Assembly: GCA_951406725.2 (NCBI GenBank)
Contig: OX597815.1
Location: 115,878,001 to 115,942,000 of the forward strand
DNA: 64,000 bases
Direction: 5' to 3'
Origin: Octopus vulgaris
Lineage: Eukaryota
Shown: one piece after another, positions 24,999 through 38,178 of the stretch
Numbering within the stretch: position 1 is the stretch's first letter
Layout: each line of letters starts with the position of its first letter
Program-made: the position numbers and the translations under genes
Notes under the pieces: model-generated
Told to the model about the DNA's origin: nothing
The model's database searches: none
The model's input: the letters and a program-made list of their open reading frames with translations, nothing else

Positions 24999-25723
24999 TG
25001 ATCAAATTATAAATATAGTGTTTCTATCTTTGATTAAAATTGAAGAATATGCATCTGTAAAACATCTTTTTGAATAATCTATTCCAATTTGGAAAAATGA
25101 GAGAGGAATGAGCTACCAATCATTAAAATTTTTTTGTATTAATTTTCATAGTACACAATTTCTTGTATTGTTAAAAATAGAAAAAAAAATCCAACTAGAA
25201 TTATTGTTTTCTTGTTAATAAGTAGAAGTGAAGTACACCAGCTGCAGATCAAATACTATGTGATAAAATCTAATTTTGATAATCTTTATGCAAGAATTGC
25301 CTATTTAACAATTGAGCAATATATCAAAAGTACAAAATTGTGAAAAAGAAAATCCGTTTATAATATATAATGTTTGAATGGAAAAGTATGTGCATAATGT
25401 CTGTGTTAAAGAAAGAGGAAGAGCTATGGCTTCAAATGAGTTGTAAACACAAAGGTAAAACATGTCACTTGAGTGCATAAATTTCAGTACAAACCTGAAT
25501 AAGAAAGCCTGTGATAGCTTTCTTGGAGTTTAAAGCAATGGTTTATGGATGGGTTATACAACTTTTGTTTTTTGGATGGGTTCTTTTTTCTTCATTAAAT
25601 TTGCTTTGGTAAAGCAAAGTAGGTATAGTGCCAAAAATTGTAGATTGAACTCTTGCTTTGTTTGTAGGTTAATAAGTGGAATATAATATTTTATCAATGT
25701 ACCTATGAAGTTACGGTGTTCTG

Positions 25724-25802
25724 ATGAATGGAGTGATAAAAGATGAAGAATTACAGAAAAAAGATAACACTAATGAGTTACAAGCTGAAGTTATCTATGA
25801 AT
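25724..25802 (+). CDS. Candidate first coding segment of a host gene (exon 25668-25802)
   Basis: TTGCTTTGTTTGTAG acceptor (AG ends 25667) and consensus donor GTAAGT at 25803. ATG at 25724 opens MNGVIKDEELQKKDNTNELQAEVIYE, phase 1. Purine-rich and non-repetitive; no recognised homology. Confidence 0.35.
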
Positions 25803-26309
25803 GTAAGTTAATTCATAGTTTGTTAAAATGGTTAATATTAATGGTTGATTTTACTCAATCTCGGAACTTGATTTCTAAGTTCATTCTTATTTATTTGTAA
25901 GATAATTTGTTCAGCATAAATTGCTCAGTAATATTGTTATCAATGATAAAAGATGGTAGTGCCTTACCAGAACCAACTGTTTAGCTACAAGTAAATGGTT
26001 TCCATCAGTGAGTGATAATTTTGATAGATGTCCCTTCTCTTCATATTTGCCTCTATGTTTGTAGGTAGCTACAGCTACCTACAATACTGAACTGATACTT
26101 ATCTACATGCTGACCAGGTAACCTCTATGTTCTTGTTTGACCTACTAGAAATAGTAGCCTTTTTCTACTTCAAGTGAACTCTGAAAAAGTAAAGCTACCT
26201 TGGACAAAGTTGTTTGAGATATGTTAAAAAAAATAAACTGGTCAAAACTGGAATATACTTGGTTATAAGTCTGCTCGATCTGGACTGATCAACAACTGTA
26301 CCTATTTCT

Positions 26310-26535
26310 TAACTACCCACAAGGGGTTAGACACAGAGGGAACAAACAAGGACAGACAAACGGATTAAGTCGATTACATCAATCCTAGTGCATAACTGGT
26401 ACTTATTTAATCGACCCCGAAAGGATGAAAGGCAAAGTCAACCTTGGCGGAATTTGAACTCAGAACGTAACAACAGACGAAATACTGCTGAGCATTTTGC
26501 CCGGTGTGCTAACGATTCTGCCAGCTCACCGCCTT
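26310..26535 (-). mobile_element. Young full-length tRNA-derived SINE with Meta-like domain and TSD
   Basis: The reverse complement reads GGCGGTGAGCTGGCAGAATCGTTAGCAC...GAGTTCAAATTCC (B box)...GCCTTTCATCCTTTCGGGGTCGATTAAATAAGTACCAG. Direct repeat ACAACTGTACCTATTTCT at 26292-26309 and 26540-26557. Confidence 0.85.
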
Positions 26536-27099
26536 ATCGACAACTGTACCTATTTCTGCTTTCCTTTGAATAAGCATAAAACTATGTTTTTAGGTGAAGT
26601 AAGGAACAGTGTGGTGTTGCAATACCTATGCCTTTACCATGGCAATTAGCAGGGTTAAGAAATTTAAATGGCTTTAGCCAGGTAGTGATGTTGTGTCACA
26701 GTTGTAGCTTGCCAGGCCAGGCATCTTGTTCTGTATCTAGTGTTTGTTACTTCTTAAATAGTAAATATTGACTTCTTCTTATTGCCACAAAGCCATCGAT
26801 TTGTAAGGAAGTACTGTAGTCAATTGAATTGATTTCCAAGTCATGCCTCATACTTATTTTATCAATCCCAAATACATGAAAGACAATCGACATTGGCTGA
26901 ATTTGAACACAGAATATTGAAATATTCAGTATTCAGAATATTGACTTAGAATTAAATACTGAAAGACACTCAATGTGCTACTCTACCATACTATCTATTA
27001 TTCAATCTCTTAAATGATAAACATTATTTGCAACTGAGATTAAATATTAGTTTGTGCAAAAGTAGATTTCTTACATTATATGTGTCTGCATATTTAATT

Positions 27100-27560
27100 T
27101 TAACTCTTCTGTCTCCTCCATATCTTTTTTTTTCCTTCTCTATAGCATTTTCCTATTCTATAATGCTCTCCCTGTCTGTGATGCCCTCATTCTCTGTAAC
27201 ACCTTTTAACTTTAATATATAGAAACTTTTATTTTATAGAAAACTCTTCTCTCTAACTCTTTTCTCTGAAACTTTTTCTCCACTTCCTCCTGTAACTCTC
27301 TCTCTCTCTCCTGTTATTCTTTCTTTCTCTTGTAATTCTCTCCTTCATCCCATTTTATTCTACAATTCTCCCTTTTGTAACTTTTCTGTAACCCTCTCAT
27401 TTCTCTTTCTCTCTGCCTTCCTTATCTGTCTGTTCCTCCCCTCTGTAACTTTCTCATTTCTGGAATTCTTCTCTATTACATTCTTTCTTCCTATCATCAC
27501 CTCTTTGCCTGTCTGTCTGTCTGTCTGTCCATTACCTCCTCTTTTTTTATGACTCTCTCA
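27100..27560. repeat. Pyrimidine-rich (CT) low-complexity tract with recurring CTGTAA motifs
   Basis: Directly visible. Confidence 0.7.
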
Positions 27561-29063
27561 TGGTCACCACACCCCATATTTGTCACTTTTTTTCTCACTG
27601 GCCTACTTGTTGATAATATTTGCTCTTATACTTTTGCTAATGTCCATTGAAAATGGGCTATAAATTAGATGTGGTATTAGTTGTTAACAACCAGATTATA
27701 ACTGTGATTGGATTAGATGTTATTAAGACAACTACAGAAAGCAACTTCTCTAATACTTTCTCTCTCTTATTAAATAACCCATTCAGCCAGATATGCAGGT
27801 TTTTCTCAATTCATTGCTTTATCTATTTTTTATTGCTTTTCACACTTAAAAACAAAACAAAACAACTAAAAAAAAATCACTTTAGGTATTAGCCACATTC
27901 TACTTCACAGGCATTATACAGAAAGCTGATTACATAAAGTCATTTCTAAGATGTGTTAGTAAAAATGAAGTTGGAGTGAATGAGTGGGGGTGAGTGGGAA
28001 TAAAAAAATATAAACATAAAAGCAAGTACTTCTTAATCATAATATGCAGAAAGTAAAGTGTGAACAACCAAATCAGAACAAACTAAAACTTGTTGATACA
28101 TGGATAAAATTGAAATTTCTTTGCTAAATGTTGTAGAATTAATAATCCATCTGTTTTCTTATCAGCCAATCATGAGACCAAAAAAAAAAAGCAGCATTGG
28201 TCGCAATCTGTTTTGATCTTGATTAATCTACTAGTTTGTGCAGTAAGAACTAACTTTTACCATTCTTTTACATGTAAAATCTGTCTGTTCTCCAAAACAC
28301 ACACACAAAATCAAGTAATGGTTGAGTGTTTTCCTCAGCATGTTGCAAGTCTTCTCTTAAAGGATTGTTTTTATTGAGATAGTTTTTACTTTATCTGAAG
28401 ACCTTCTGTTAATGCCAGCTATTGCCATTGATGGAAGGATGTATATAGTACAGAAATGAGTCATTTTTTTTAGTTAGCAGGACTGAATTGTCATTTCTAA
28501 CAACCTCTATCATGGACTCCCTGCTGAAAGATATTTACTTTGTAAACATAGTCAGTATGTAATTTTGGAAACTAAAAATAAATTAATTTCTTGAAACTGG
28601 AAAACATTGTCTAGTATGGTGCCCCAAGAACATCACTCATAAAAGAAAGACTTTCTATGGCTATGTACTATGAAAGTAAGTTCAAGGAGAGTGCGAGACG
28701 TATATTGTATTACATAAAATGTTTTTACTATATTTCTTTTGAAATGCACTGTTTTTATTTCAATTAATTTCAAATGAATATTGTAAAATAACTATCATTA
28801 AGTTTGTGTTTTAAATATATATTGGCACAGTTTTTAAATCATTTCATTAAGATTATTTTAAAGCAGGAAGTTTGTGTCATGGAATCAAGAGCAGTTTCAG
28901 GTAGGTTGGTATTAAGAGTTAAAAGAAAAATTACTTATGTAGGACTTGCAGTATGCTAATTTCAAACTCAAGTGTAGGGTGCAAAAAATTATTGAAAGTT
29001 TTGATAGGATATAAATCTCTTATATCAGCATAGTTGTATTGATAAGGACAAGAAATTATTTAA

Positions 29064-29273
29064 TCTTTTAGCACTGATGGTAACCACTTCTGGTCCAAAT
29101 ATTCTATCTGCTTTATATTTAAACTGTCCATATCTGGCCTTTCATACCTACTCTGCAATGTCATTTTAAAAATAAACAATCAAATCATCAAAATCTCGAT
29201 AAAGCATGATTAATTCAAAACAATGTGAATGAAAAAGTTTTTAATATGACCAAGTAATCTGAATGCTAAAGAG
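29064..29273 (-). mobile_element. TTAA-flanked MITE, reverse copy of the 32943-33156 family
   Basis: Ends AATCTGAATGCTAAAGAG-TTAA; internal GCATGATTAATTCAAAACAATGTGAAT is the reverse complement of the family core. Confidence 0.65.
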
Positions 29274-30137
29274 TTAATTGCATCATGGTATGTGTAACTT
29301 CAGTATAAGACAGTACCTTACTACAACTCTTGTATTGTTCCTAGGCAAGGCCTATAACTCGGTTTGCTTTAATTGTCTTAGCAGATATAGTTACCACGAG
29401 GAGAAAAGAAAATGCAGTGGAGACATTTTTGTTGTTGTTTCACAAAGGATTGAGATAAATGAATATAAAATGGTTTCTGCCATGATTCAAAATCCCTGCT
29501 TGTTTGAAGAATAACAAAAAAAAAGTGGAAATTTGAAATATTTTAGGATACAATGTCAGGTTTGCATCATTCCATCCACAGTAATTTTTCTAGAATTTCT
29601 ATAAGGTGGCCTGGTTTTAATGTCTTTGAAAATTTAACATTTAAACAAATAGTTGAAATGAAATCAGTCTAGAGACATGGAAGTTGAAATTGATCTCTTA
29701 TTATAAAAGGCAGATTTTATCTGCCTCCCTTTGTATCTTATAGAAATCTACAATATAGGATTTCTTCAATTACAATTTACCTAGCATTTTTAAGAGTAGA
29801 ATGCATCGGGTCGTGCCAGGTCCAGTTTTTAAAATTTCAACCCCAATTAAGCAAAATTTAGAAAAAACTCACATTGTGGTGTATAAGTCAAATGCTTCTC
29901 TTAGTGTGGCCTACACCACACGCTCACACACAGTGTGCAACGAATAAAATGAAAGTAATTCACTTTTTGTAGTGAGTGACTCTTTCAGTTTGCCACTTCC
30001 TCTCTACACACATAGACATGCAAATATATAAATAAAATTGTAAGCTAACGTGCGTGTGTGTGAGTGTGTGTGTGTGTGTGCGTGTGTGTGTGTGAGGGTG
30101 CGTGTGTGTGTGCGCATGTGCGTGAGTGTGTGACAGG

Positions 30138-30808
30138 AAAGTTTTTTAGGACGAATATAAGACCTATATCCAAGTAGCAGAAAGATCGCCCAAAAGTGTA
30201 TATAGATATTTAAATGTATTTATATATTCGTCTATACACAGATGTATGTATAATGTGTGTGTATATATTTCCATAGAGGTAACCTTTCACTCCATACAAA
30301 GTTTTTTAGGACGAATATAAGATCTGAAGTATATACAAGTAGCAGAAAGATCGCCCAAAAGTGTATATAGATATTTAAATGTATTTATATATTCATCTAT
30401 ACACAGATGTATGTATAATGTGTGTGTATATATTTCCATAGACGTAACCATTCACTCCGCACAAAGTTTTTTAGGACGAAAATAAGATCTAAAGTTATCT
30501 CTAAGTAGCACAGAGATCGCCCAAAAGTGTATATAGATATATAAATGTATTTATATATTCATCTATGCACACATGTATGTATAACGTGTGTGTATATATT
30601 TCCATAGAGGTAACCATTCACTCCATACAAAGTTTTTTAGCACGAAAATAAGATCTAAAGTTATCTCTAAGAAACAGAAAGATCGCCCAAAAGTGTATAT
30701 AGATATTTAAATGTATTTATATATTCATCTATACACACATGTATGTATAATGTGCGTGTATATATTTCCATAGAGGTAATCCATACAAAGTTTTTTAGGA
30801 CGAAAATA
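30138..30808. repeat. ~160-166-bp tandem repeat (4 copies plus a partial) inside the Helitron
   Basis: The unit AAAGTTTTTTAGGACGAA...AAGATCGCCCAAAAGTGTATATAGAT...TTTCCATAGAGGTAAC starts at about 30138, 30298, 30463, 30628 and 30787. Confidence 0.9.
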
Positions 30809-31010
30809 TTTATATATAAAAGAAAGGTTGTGTGTCTATCTACTCCGATTTAGATTCCTAACTACTCCCACATTTTGCGATGCAGTTTAGTCGTGATTCA
30901 TATCGAGCCCTTCTGGGTATTAGCGCGCGTCTACGATGAGTCTATGATTTTACAAATAATTTACCATCATTTTTTTCCATTTTAATGCATATTTTAAAAA
31001 ATAAACGGAA

Positions 31011-31525
31011 GTAACTCTCAAACTTCACACCAATATGCGTGCTCATATGTGACGTAATATCACATCAGCAGCATTTCCTCACACCCTCCTTGCACTTGGC
31101 GAAGGCAAAATACCAGGGGATGAAAATGGTAATATTGCCATCGATTCCATTTGTACCATTGTTAAGACGCCTTCTGATCTCAGAGATGCAGTGTTCCCAG
31201 ATCTACAAGCTAATTATCAGAATATGGATTGGATTGGCAAAAAGGCTATACTGGCCCCGAGGAATAAAACTGTTCACCATATTAATGATGAAATGCTAAA
31301 ACTCATTCCTGGGGAAGTCTATGTATATCAGTCTATCGATACAACTCCTGACCCAGAGGACGTCATCAACTATCCAATAGAGGTACTCAATTCCTTTGAG
31401 CACCCCGGACTACCACCACACTTTCTCAAACTTAAAGTTGGTGCCCCTATAATGCTCATCAGAAATTTGGTTCCCCCAAAACAATGCAATGGCACACGTT
31501 TGATCGTTAAGTCCTTATCTCCCAC
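31011..31525 (+). pseudogene. Helitron RepHel PIF1-family helicase fragment
   Basis: One frame reads LKLHTNMRAHM*...LGEG...KAILAPRNKTVHHIN...PGLPPHFLKLKVGAPIMLIRNL..KQCNGTRLIV (PIF1 motifs), with an in-frame TGA at 31050-31052; truncated at both ends. Confidence 0.92.
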
Positions 31526-31632
31526 CGCAAGCTTATATCAATATTTGCCTGAATAATCATCATAATTCAGTGCTATCATTAACAGTACTTTCAAGCAATT
31601 CAGCCCCGAGCAACGCCGGGCAATTCTGCTAG

Positions 31633-32317
31633 TATTTCTATAAAAGGCATGATGTCTGTGCGTGTGTGTATGTGATTGTAATTTATGCACATCCACAAAT
31701 TAGCATGCATGTCGCTCAAATTTTTGGAGGACATTTGTCAACACCCTATCTGGGTTTTGTCAACTTATTTTTTTTCTCAAGCCACCAGCGGATAGCAGTA
31801 AAATTCTATTTTCAGCCATAGCTTTTAGCCATAAAAAATATCAGCCATAACTTTTTGACGGCGTCTAACAAAAAAAAAAAATACGATAAAGAAAAGTGGA
31901 AGAAGGAGGCAGAGAGTTTCACGGGAAAGACAAAGTGAGAGAGAAAGAAAGTGACGACGTTCATAAAAAATAAGACGTAAAATGTTTTGTTTTTTTCTTA
32001 AACACGAGATATAATGTTCAAATTTAGGATATTTTTGAAAGACACTATATTTTATAATCATAGTATATATACTTTCTCACACAACAATTACAATATATTT
32101 ATTTTCAATAATTTATCTATTTTAAATCGTTCATCTTTCTCCCCCCCCTCTCTCTCTCTCACACACATTACTTTGGGTGCGAAAGAGTTTTGTTTTTATT
32201 TTATGCTGAGTAAAAAAATGTTTGGAGTCAATATTACTTAGTTTGGTTTGAAATAAAGAACTTGATTAGTTTAATAATCGTAACTTAATCCCGGGCAAGG
32301 CCGGGTTATACTGCTAG
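31633..32317 (+). mobile_element. Second non-autonomous Helitron segment abutting the first
   Basis: Begins TATTTCTATAAAAGGC (like the 29694 end) and ends with hairpin CCCGGGCAAGGCCGGG and CTAG|T (32314-32317). Confidence 0.75.
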
Positions 32318-32942
32318 TGGGAAATAATTTCTTAAAATAATTGCCCCCAGCATGCCTACAACCACAAAAAAGGCAAAACAAAAAGAAAACCCTAAAACTT
32401 ATGTAATTTGAAAATGGATTGAGGGAAAACAAACTCTTTGACTTCTATGTTGTCAAAGATATTAAGTGTTTGGTTCAAACAGTATGATTTTATTGAAGTA
32501 CTCTTTAACTTGTCTGCATTTGAAAAAAACTGACACTAATGGCTTGATGAACAACCAAATTTCATCACTACCATTGTTAGCATGACAGTGGAAACCAAAA
32601 GCCAAAATATTTTCTGAGAGAAAGCATTTTTGTTCTCATTGTTGCTTTAACTTTTTTGTTTCATATCAGATTTTTGAATTTGTTGTAATCCAAACATGAT
32701 GTTGGATGTAAACTAGCTATTTAGCTGACATAGTTGACATGATTCCACTTAAAATTTGTAACTACCATTCTTCGTAGTGCTGTCAGAATCTTATTCAGCC
32801 AGAAATGAAGAAAGCAAATGTGTGTGACCCCAATTTTTCTGATTATTGCTTGGCCATTTGTTCACTTGAACTCTTACATGTATACCACAGAAGGTTTGTC
32901 TTTCAATAGTCTATGGTATCCAAGTAACCAAATGAATCTTAA

Positions 32943-33156
32943 CCCTTTAATATCCAGATTACTCTGTCAAATGTAATGCTTATTTATTCATATTGTTATG
33001 AATTAATCATGCACTATCTTGTAGCTTTATGATTTCAATGATATGATTGTTATTTATGGAATGTAGGTAGGGTAGTTGAGATAGGTTGGATCTAACTGGT
33101 TTGAACATAAAAGTAGAATATTTGGATTAAATATGGCCAGTTTAAATGCTAAAGGG
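32943..33156 (+). mobile_element. TTAA-flanked (piggyBac-type) MITE, intact copy
   Basis: TTAA(32939-32942)-CCCTTTA...TAAAGGG-TTAA(33157-33160). Confidence 0.8.
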
Positions 33157-34005
33157 TTAACTGGTCCATTCAATTCATTTACATATTTGAATGATAGGTC
33201 TGATGTTGCTCAGTTCTTTGGATGTTTTTAGCAAAGTTATACTCTGTTGCATTTAACTCAGATGTCAAGTTTTTAAGTCCTTATTTTTCCTGCAGAAATT
33301 GAAATTGAGCATCTGCTACATCAATCTCACTAGTATTGGAGAGGAACAACTGCACAGGCCCTTGATTAACTTATAAAAATAGAATTTAGATGATTGAAAG
33401 CAAAATTAGATATCTAAATATATGAAAGTTTTGCTATATTCATATTACATGTACATGCTATTTTATGATTGTTTCTAATATGATTACATCAATAGAGCCA
33501 GGTTGCATGATTGTATTCATAAGTTTATTGTACTTTCATTCCCAAATCATAGGAACAGACCTTTCATCAAAAGTATTCCAGGCAAAATAACAGTACTTAA
33601 AAATATTTAAAAAAGTAGATTATGATTTGACAAGAATTTTGCTGCTATATCTACCAAGTTGAGCAACCATGTAGTGGCTTCCTTAAGTTTGTTGTCAGTA
33701 TACCTGTTACTTTAATTATTTTCTCAAGCTCTACTAAATAATCTATTTTTAGTAATTTCTTTTTTTTTTAACTTCATGGAAACATATTTGACTTTACACC
33801 AAATGGATTCCACTTATGGTACTACTATCTTCAAATATTTCTCAGCACCACCCACATTTTGCCAATATATGCAAGAATGCACTTACTGAAAATTTCATTT
33901 TTTTTCTTTTTTATCTACTTCCCTCTGAAGTAATTTACCCTTTGGATGTGTTTCCTGTTACTCCAACCCTCTCTAAGTAGATGAGATAATTCTGTTTGCT
34001 TGTAA

Positions 34006-34011
34006 TGTGTG

Positions 34012-34057
<46 letters not shown>
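34006..34057. repeat. (TA)n microsatellite
   Basis: Directly visible. Confidence 0.95.
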
Positions 34058-34063
<6 letters not shown>

Positions 34064-36799
34064 GGTCTTTATTTATATAGAAGCTAATTTTAAATGCAAA
34101 TTTACATTAATCTGCCTCCTTTTTCTCTTTCTCTTGAAATGTTGTATAAATACCTCTAAGATGATTTGTTGATTCAATTTAAATTCTATTTCCAAAGTGA
34201 AGCTAAAGGCTTACTCAGGCACATGTGCAGAAAGTCTCTTCTGATTAATGCAGTTGAGCAATAAATCAAGATCAGCATTGTGTAATATGTTATATAGTAA
34301 TTTTTAAATAGAGTATGCATTGGGTTTCTCTTTTGATTTAATGTACTTTTTTAATCTGAATCCTGTTATATATTGATTCTGGAAACCTACTACTGTTTAA
34401 TTGATTAGAACATATATTATATAGTATTATTTCCTTGACACAAACCTATTTTTACAACAAGCTTTCTTGATTTCACTAGTATGTTAGGTTTTTATTTTTC
34501 ATGACCTGTTTTTATTAGAATTTCTTTTTAAAAAATCAAATTTCTGGATGATTTTGAATTTTAATTCAATTATAAAAAATGAGTAGAAAAAAAATTACAA
34601 ATTTATACAATTTTAATATCAAATGAATTAATATATGGTTATGAGGATTTTTGAGGATTTTCATTTTCTCTTCTGTGCACTGATCATACTTTTTGCTTCC
34701 AATTATGTATGGTTTGGATCCATAGTCTTCCACTTAATATAGTGCAAAGCCTTTTCTTTTCCATTTCCATATGAAGTCAAGCAATTTGGTAGTGTAATTT
34801 TTTATGTGCCTAAAATAGGATGTGTGATTAGGAAATCTTGGCTTAAACTTTCCTTCTCTTATTCCCATATAGGTTGACTTCTGCATCAACTTATTGACTT
34901 AACTCCAATAGACAGATAGTTTCTTCCTTTTCAGTCACAAATATAAATAATGGACTTGACCTAAAAATAAGCTACACCACCAAAAACATGAAAAATTTAT
35001 CATACCCACCCACCACCAAAGCTGAAAAAATATGCTTGTGCAAGAGCCCAAAAATATGCAACACAGGCAATACTGTATGAAGTAGAGGTTAGCTGTATTG
35101 AATCCAACCTAGAAATGATATTTAAGTGTTACATAGCTACAACACAAGGGTCAATAATATACATTTCTGGAGAAGTTATCCACATTTGACTAAAGTATTT
35201 TTTAATACATTTTTCAGAATTTTCTATCAACATGTGGAGATAAACATAAGTAAGCATTGACTGCAAAACCTAGGATAGTTCATATATTCCCTCATGTTAC
35301 TTCATACAAATACATGCTCACCCCATGCATACATTCAAGTATATGTTGACTTCTGCAGGAAGTTTGTATTAATTCTTTTTTACACCACCAGTTTTGAACA
35401 TCACTTCATTTATGAATGTTTGACTTTTTTTTCTAATTTTCCTTCTTTTTAACATGTCTTGAAGTGAAAATTTGGAGGCAATTATACCTTGTTTTGAAAG
35501 TGAGAAAAAATGTAGAAATTTTGCTATTACAGCTGTTATTTCACTTTTTAAAAATATTTATTTTAGAGTTTTTCCTTCTACTACTAATGAAGATTTATTT
35601 TAATTTAAACTTTTCTCTCTGTGCTTTGTGTTATATATGTTTTATTTAGTTTTATACATTTATATGTACATATGCATATCTAAGAAGCAAGCTAACATTT
35701 TTATTCAGTGAAAGAAAAATCACCAACAAATAATGTTACTTTAAAAATGTGCTTTCTCTCACACTTGATTAGGTGAAATTTAGTTATATCTGGTAAATAT
35801 TTTCGTGCCAGACTGCTTTTAGACTAAAAATAAAATGTTGGCTTCAACTTTTGTTCATTAGCCAACAGTCATCTTAATCTTTTCCATTGTGTTTATTTTT
35901 ATTGTATACTCTACTTTAATCATATAGTCTAAAATTTTAATTTAATAATTTTTGTTACTTTTTATGCATTTTAGAATTTGAAATGAATGTTACTCTAAAT
36001 TCATATTATGGTTCAATGTTCATTATAGCAGGTTTAAATTAGATGTGGGTAGATTTTATTAATTAGTTGATTATAGTCATTGTCTTAACTGCCACAGGAA
36101 CTGAAATCATGAATATAGTTGAAGGAAGTTATACACCTTTGTAGCTTTGTAACTTCTTGAAGGAAGTCAACCTAAATTAGTCAAGTAACCTATGACTAAA
36201 AAGGAAAAAGAAAAATGTAAAACCGAGAGAGTACCTGTGTTTTTGATTGGATTCAAATTGTCGGCAAGTTCTTCATGCCTCTTAAAGATTTGTTTAAATT
36301 AAAAAGCACAAACCGGAGCGAGACACTAGTTGATTATTCCTCCTTCCAATCCACACAGTAATTATCGACAGTCATTGTCTATTATCTCATTAATTTAAAG
36401 TGCTTAACATGTTTTGTATGATGTCAGAACATAAGTAATGTTTATGCCTCTAATCTGTAGGAAATGCTGAAATGGCAAGGAAGTATGTCCAGATGCACTT
36501 TGCAATTACTACAATAGCTTTTTGTTAGGTCTTATTTTGATATTCTTTACTATTTGATCAATTGAGCACCTTTCTCATGAAACACAGGAAACAAGAAATG
36601 TAGAAGTTTTTTCATTTGACAAACTAATGACTAAATGATTACCTCTTTCATTATCATATTTTTACTTAAATACATTCCTGTGCGTTTCAATAAAATTATA
36701 AAACTGTTGCATATTTAGACTAGTTTTGTAAAGTAGCCAAGAAATGTTTTGAATACAACTTAAAATGTTCTTACATAATTCTGGGCAAGACATCTGTCC

Positions 36800-37300
36800 C
36801 CTTCACCTAAAAAACCACCCATTTTTTTTTTTTTACACAACCCCACTTTTGGCCACAGGGAATATAAATCTGCAAAAAAATTGGCAAAAATCAGCATTTT
36901 TAAATTACCACCCCACCCCCATTTCTTTCATTTTCGCTCTTTCCAGAATTTTGTTTTTTTCAAAATATGTGGAAAAATACAGAGATTATGATTCTGAAAA
37001 AAATCTCTGAAAATTTTTGTAAAATCTTTAAGAATCTTTTTTTCTAAATATGCAGAAAAATACAGACAATATGATTTGGACAATAATTTCAAAACATTTC
37101 TGTAGTTATGGTTAGGGTTTTAGGGTTAAGGTTAGTGTTGAGGAAAAAAGTTAAAATTGAAGAATTTGGGGTGGGGAAGGGTGGGGAAATTTAACAATAC
37201 TGATTTTTGGCAATTTTCCAGAACCTCTATCCAAAAATGGGGGTTTCGGCAAAAATTTTTTAAAAATAAATCTGTGAGAAAATGGGGTGGGTCTTTCCTA
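36800..37300. mobile_element. Long-inverted-repeat (foldback/MITE-like) element with internal tandem units and TTAGGG-like motifs
   Basis: TTGGCAAAAATCAGCATTTTTAAATT..CCACCC (~36881-36913) is inverted at ~37178-37213. Two ~84-bp direct units lie at ~36955 and ~37038, and GGTTAGGGTTTTAGGGTTAAGGTTAG at ~37109-37135. Confidence 0.6.
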
Positions 37301-38178
37301 ATTCTATTATGGAATTTTTGTCTCAAAATTACTTTGATTACTAGTAAGTACAAGCAAAAGTTGAAACATAATATAAACTCTGTTTAAAGATCACCATATA
37401 AATTAACTTATTAGTGGCTTATTATATCAAGTAGCTTATTAAATGCTTGGTATTATATTTAGAGCAATAAAGCTTTAATTTCATCTTGCTGGCCTTAATA
37501 TATGGAAAATATGAATTGAAATAAACAAAAGCAAATAGTCAGTAGAGAAATACTTTGATTTATGAGAAGAGAACAGAACTGAAAAAACTTTCATTACCAC
37601 TGTCCAATTTTGTACATAAACTCTGAGATTGCAATATCTTATTTGAAGTCCGTCTGATGGTAGGCTTCTTGCAATTTTATTTTATTTAATTTATTAATTT
37701 TTTTTGCTGTATTTTAAAAGAGTAGAAGGTAATGGAAATGAAGGAGAAAAAAAAAAGATTTGAAAAACAATGCTTCCCAAATTTATAGAATATAAAGTTT
37801 CTGTTGTAAAAAGATTGGTTGACATATGTCCTTTTCGCAATATTAGGTCAGCAAATGACTCCTGTTGAGTTTCTTGATAAGTCACTTTTTGCCACTGTGA
37901 TTGGTTTTGAAGTTCTTAGCAGGTGGTTTATAAGTTGGTTGCTAGTCCACTATGTTACATGATCAGTTCACTGCTAACATGGTCTTCCATGTTAGCATTT
38001 TCTCTAGGTAGTACTAAGTATAGCAGTTATAAGTATTTATTGAAAAAGTAAAAATTGAAAAATGTAAATGTGTGTTTGTAAATGGTCAAATTTCTCTCTC
38101 TCACACACTCATACACACACAGTGAGTATAACACAATTATTCATATAGATATAAGACTTGTTTATGAATACTTATATT

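Larger units (their letters stand above)
29694..31632 (+). mobile_element. Non-autonomous Helitron with internal tandem repeat and PIF1 fragment
   Basis: A|TCTCTTATTATAAAAGG 5' end; subterminal hairpin CCCGAGCAACGCCGGG; CTAG|T 3' end (31629-31632); internal helicase remnant. Confidence 0.8.

Noticed and set aside
31191-31556. Host PIF1 helicase gene exon
   Set aside because: Enclosed by Helitron termini, has an in-frame stop upstream, is truncated, and lacks splice sites.
33296-36482. Other possible small exons (acceptors at ~33295, ~35217, ~36460)
   Set aside because: Splice-like motifs occur at the frequency expected in AT-rich DNA, with no coherent reading frame or homology.
37109-37135. 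True telomere or chromosome fusion site
   Set aside because: Only about four degenerate units, inside an inverted-repeat element.
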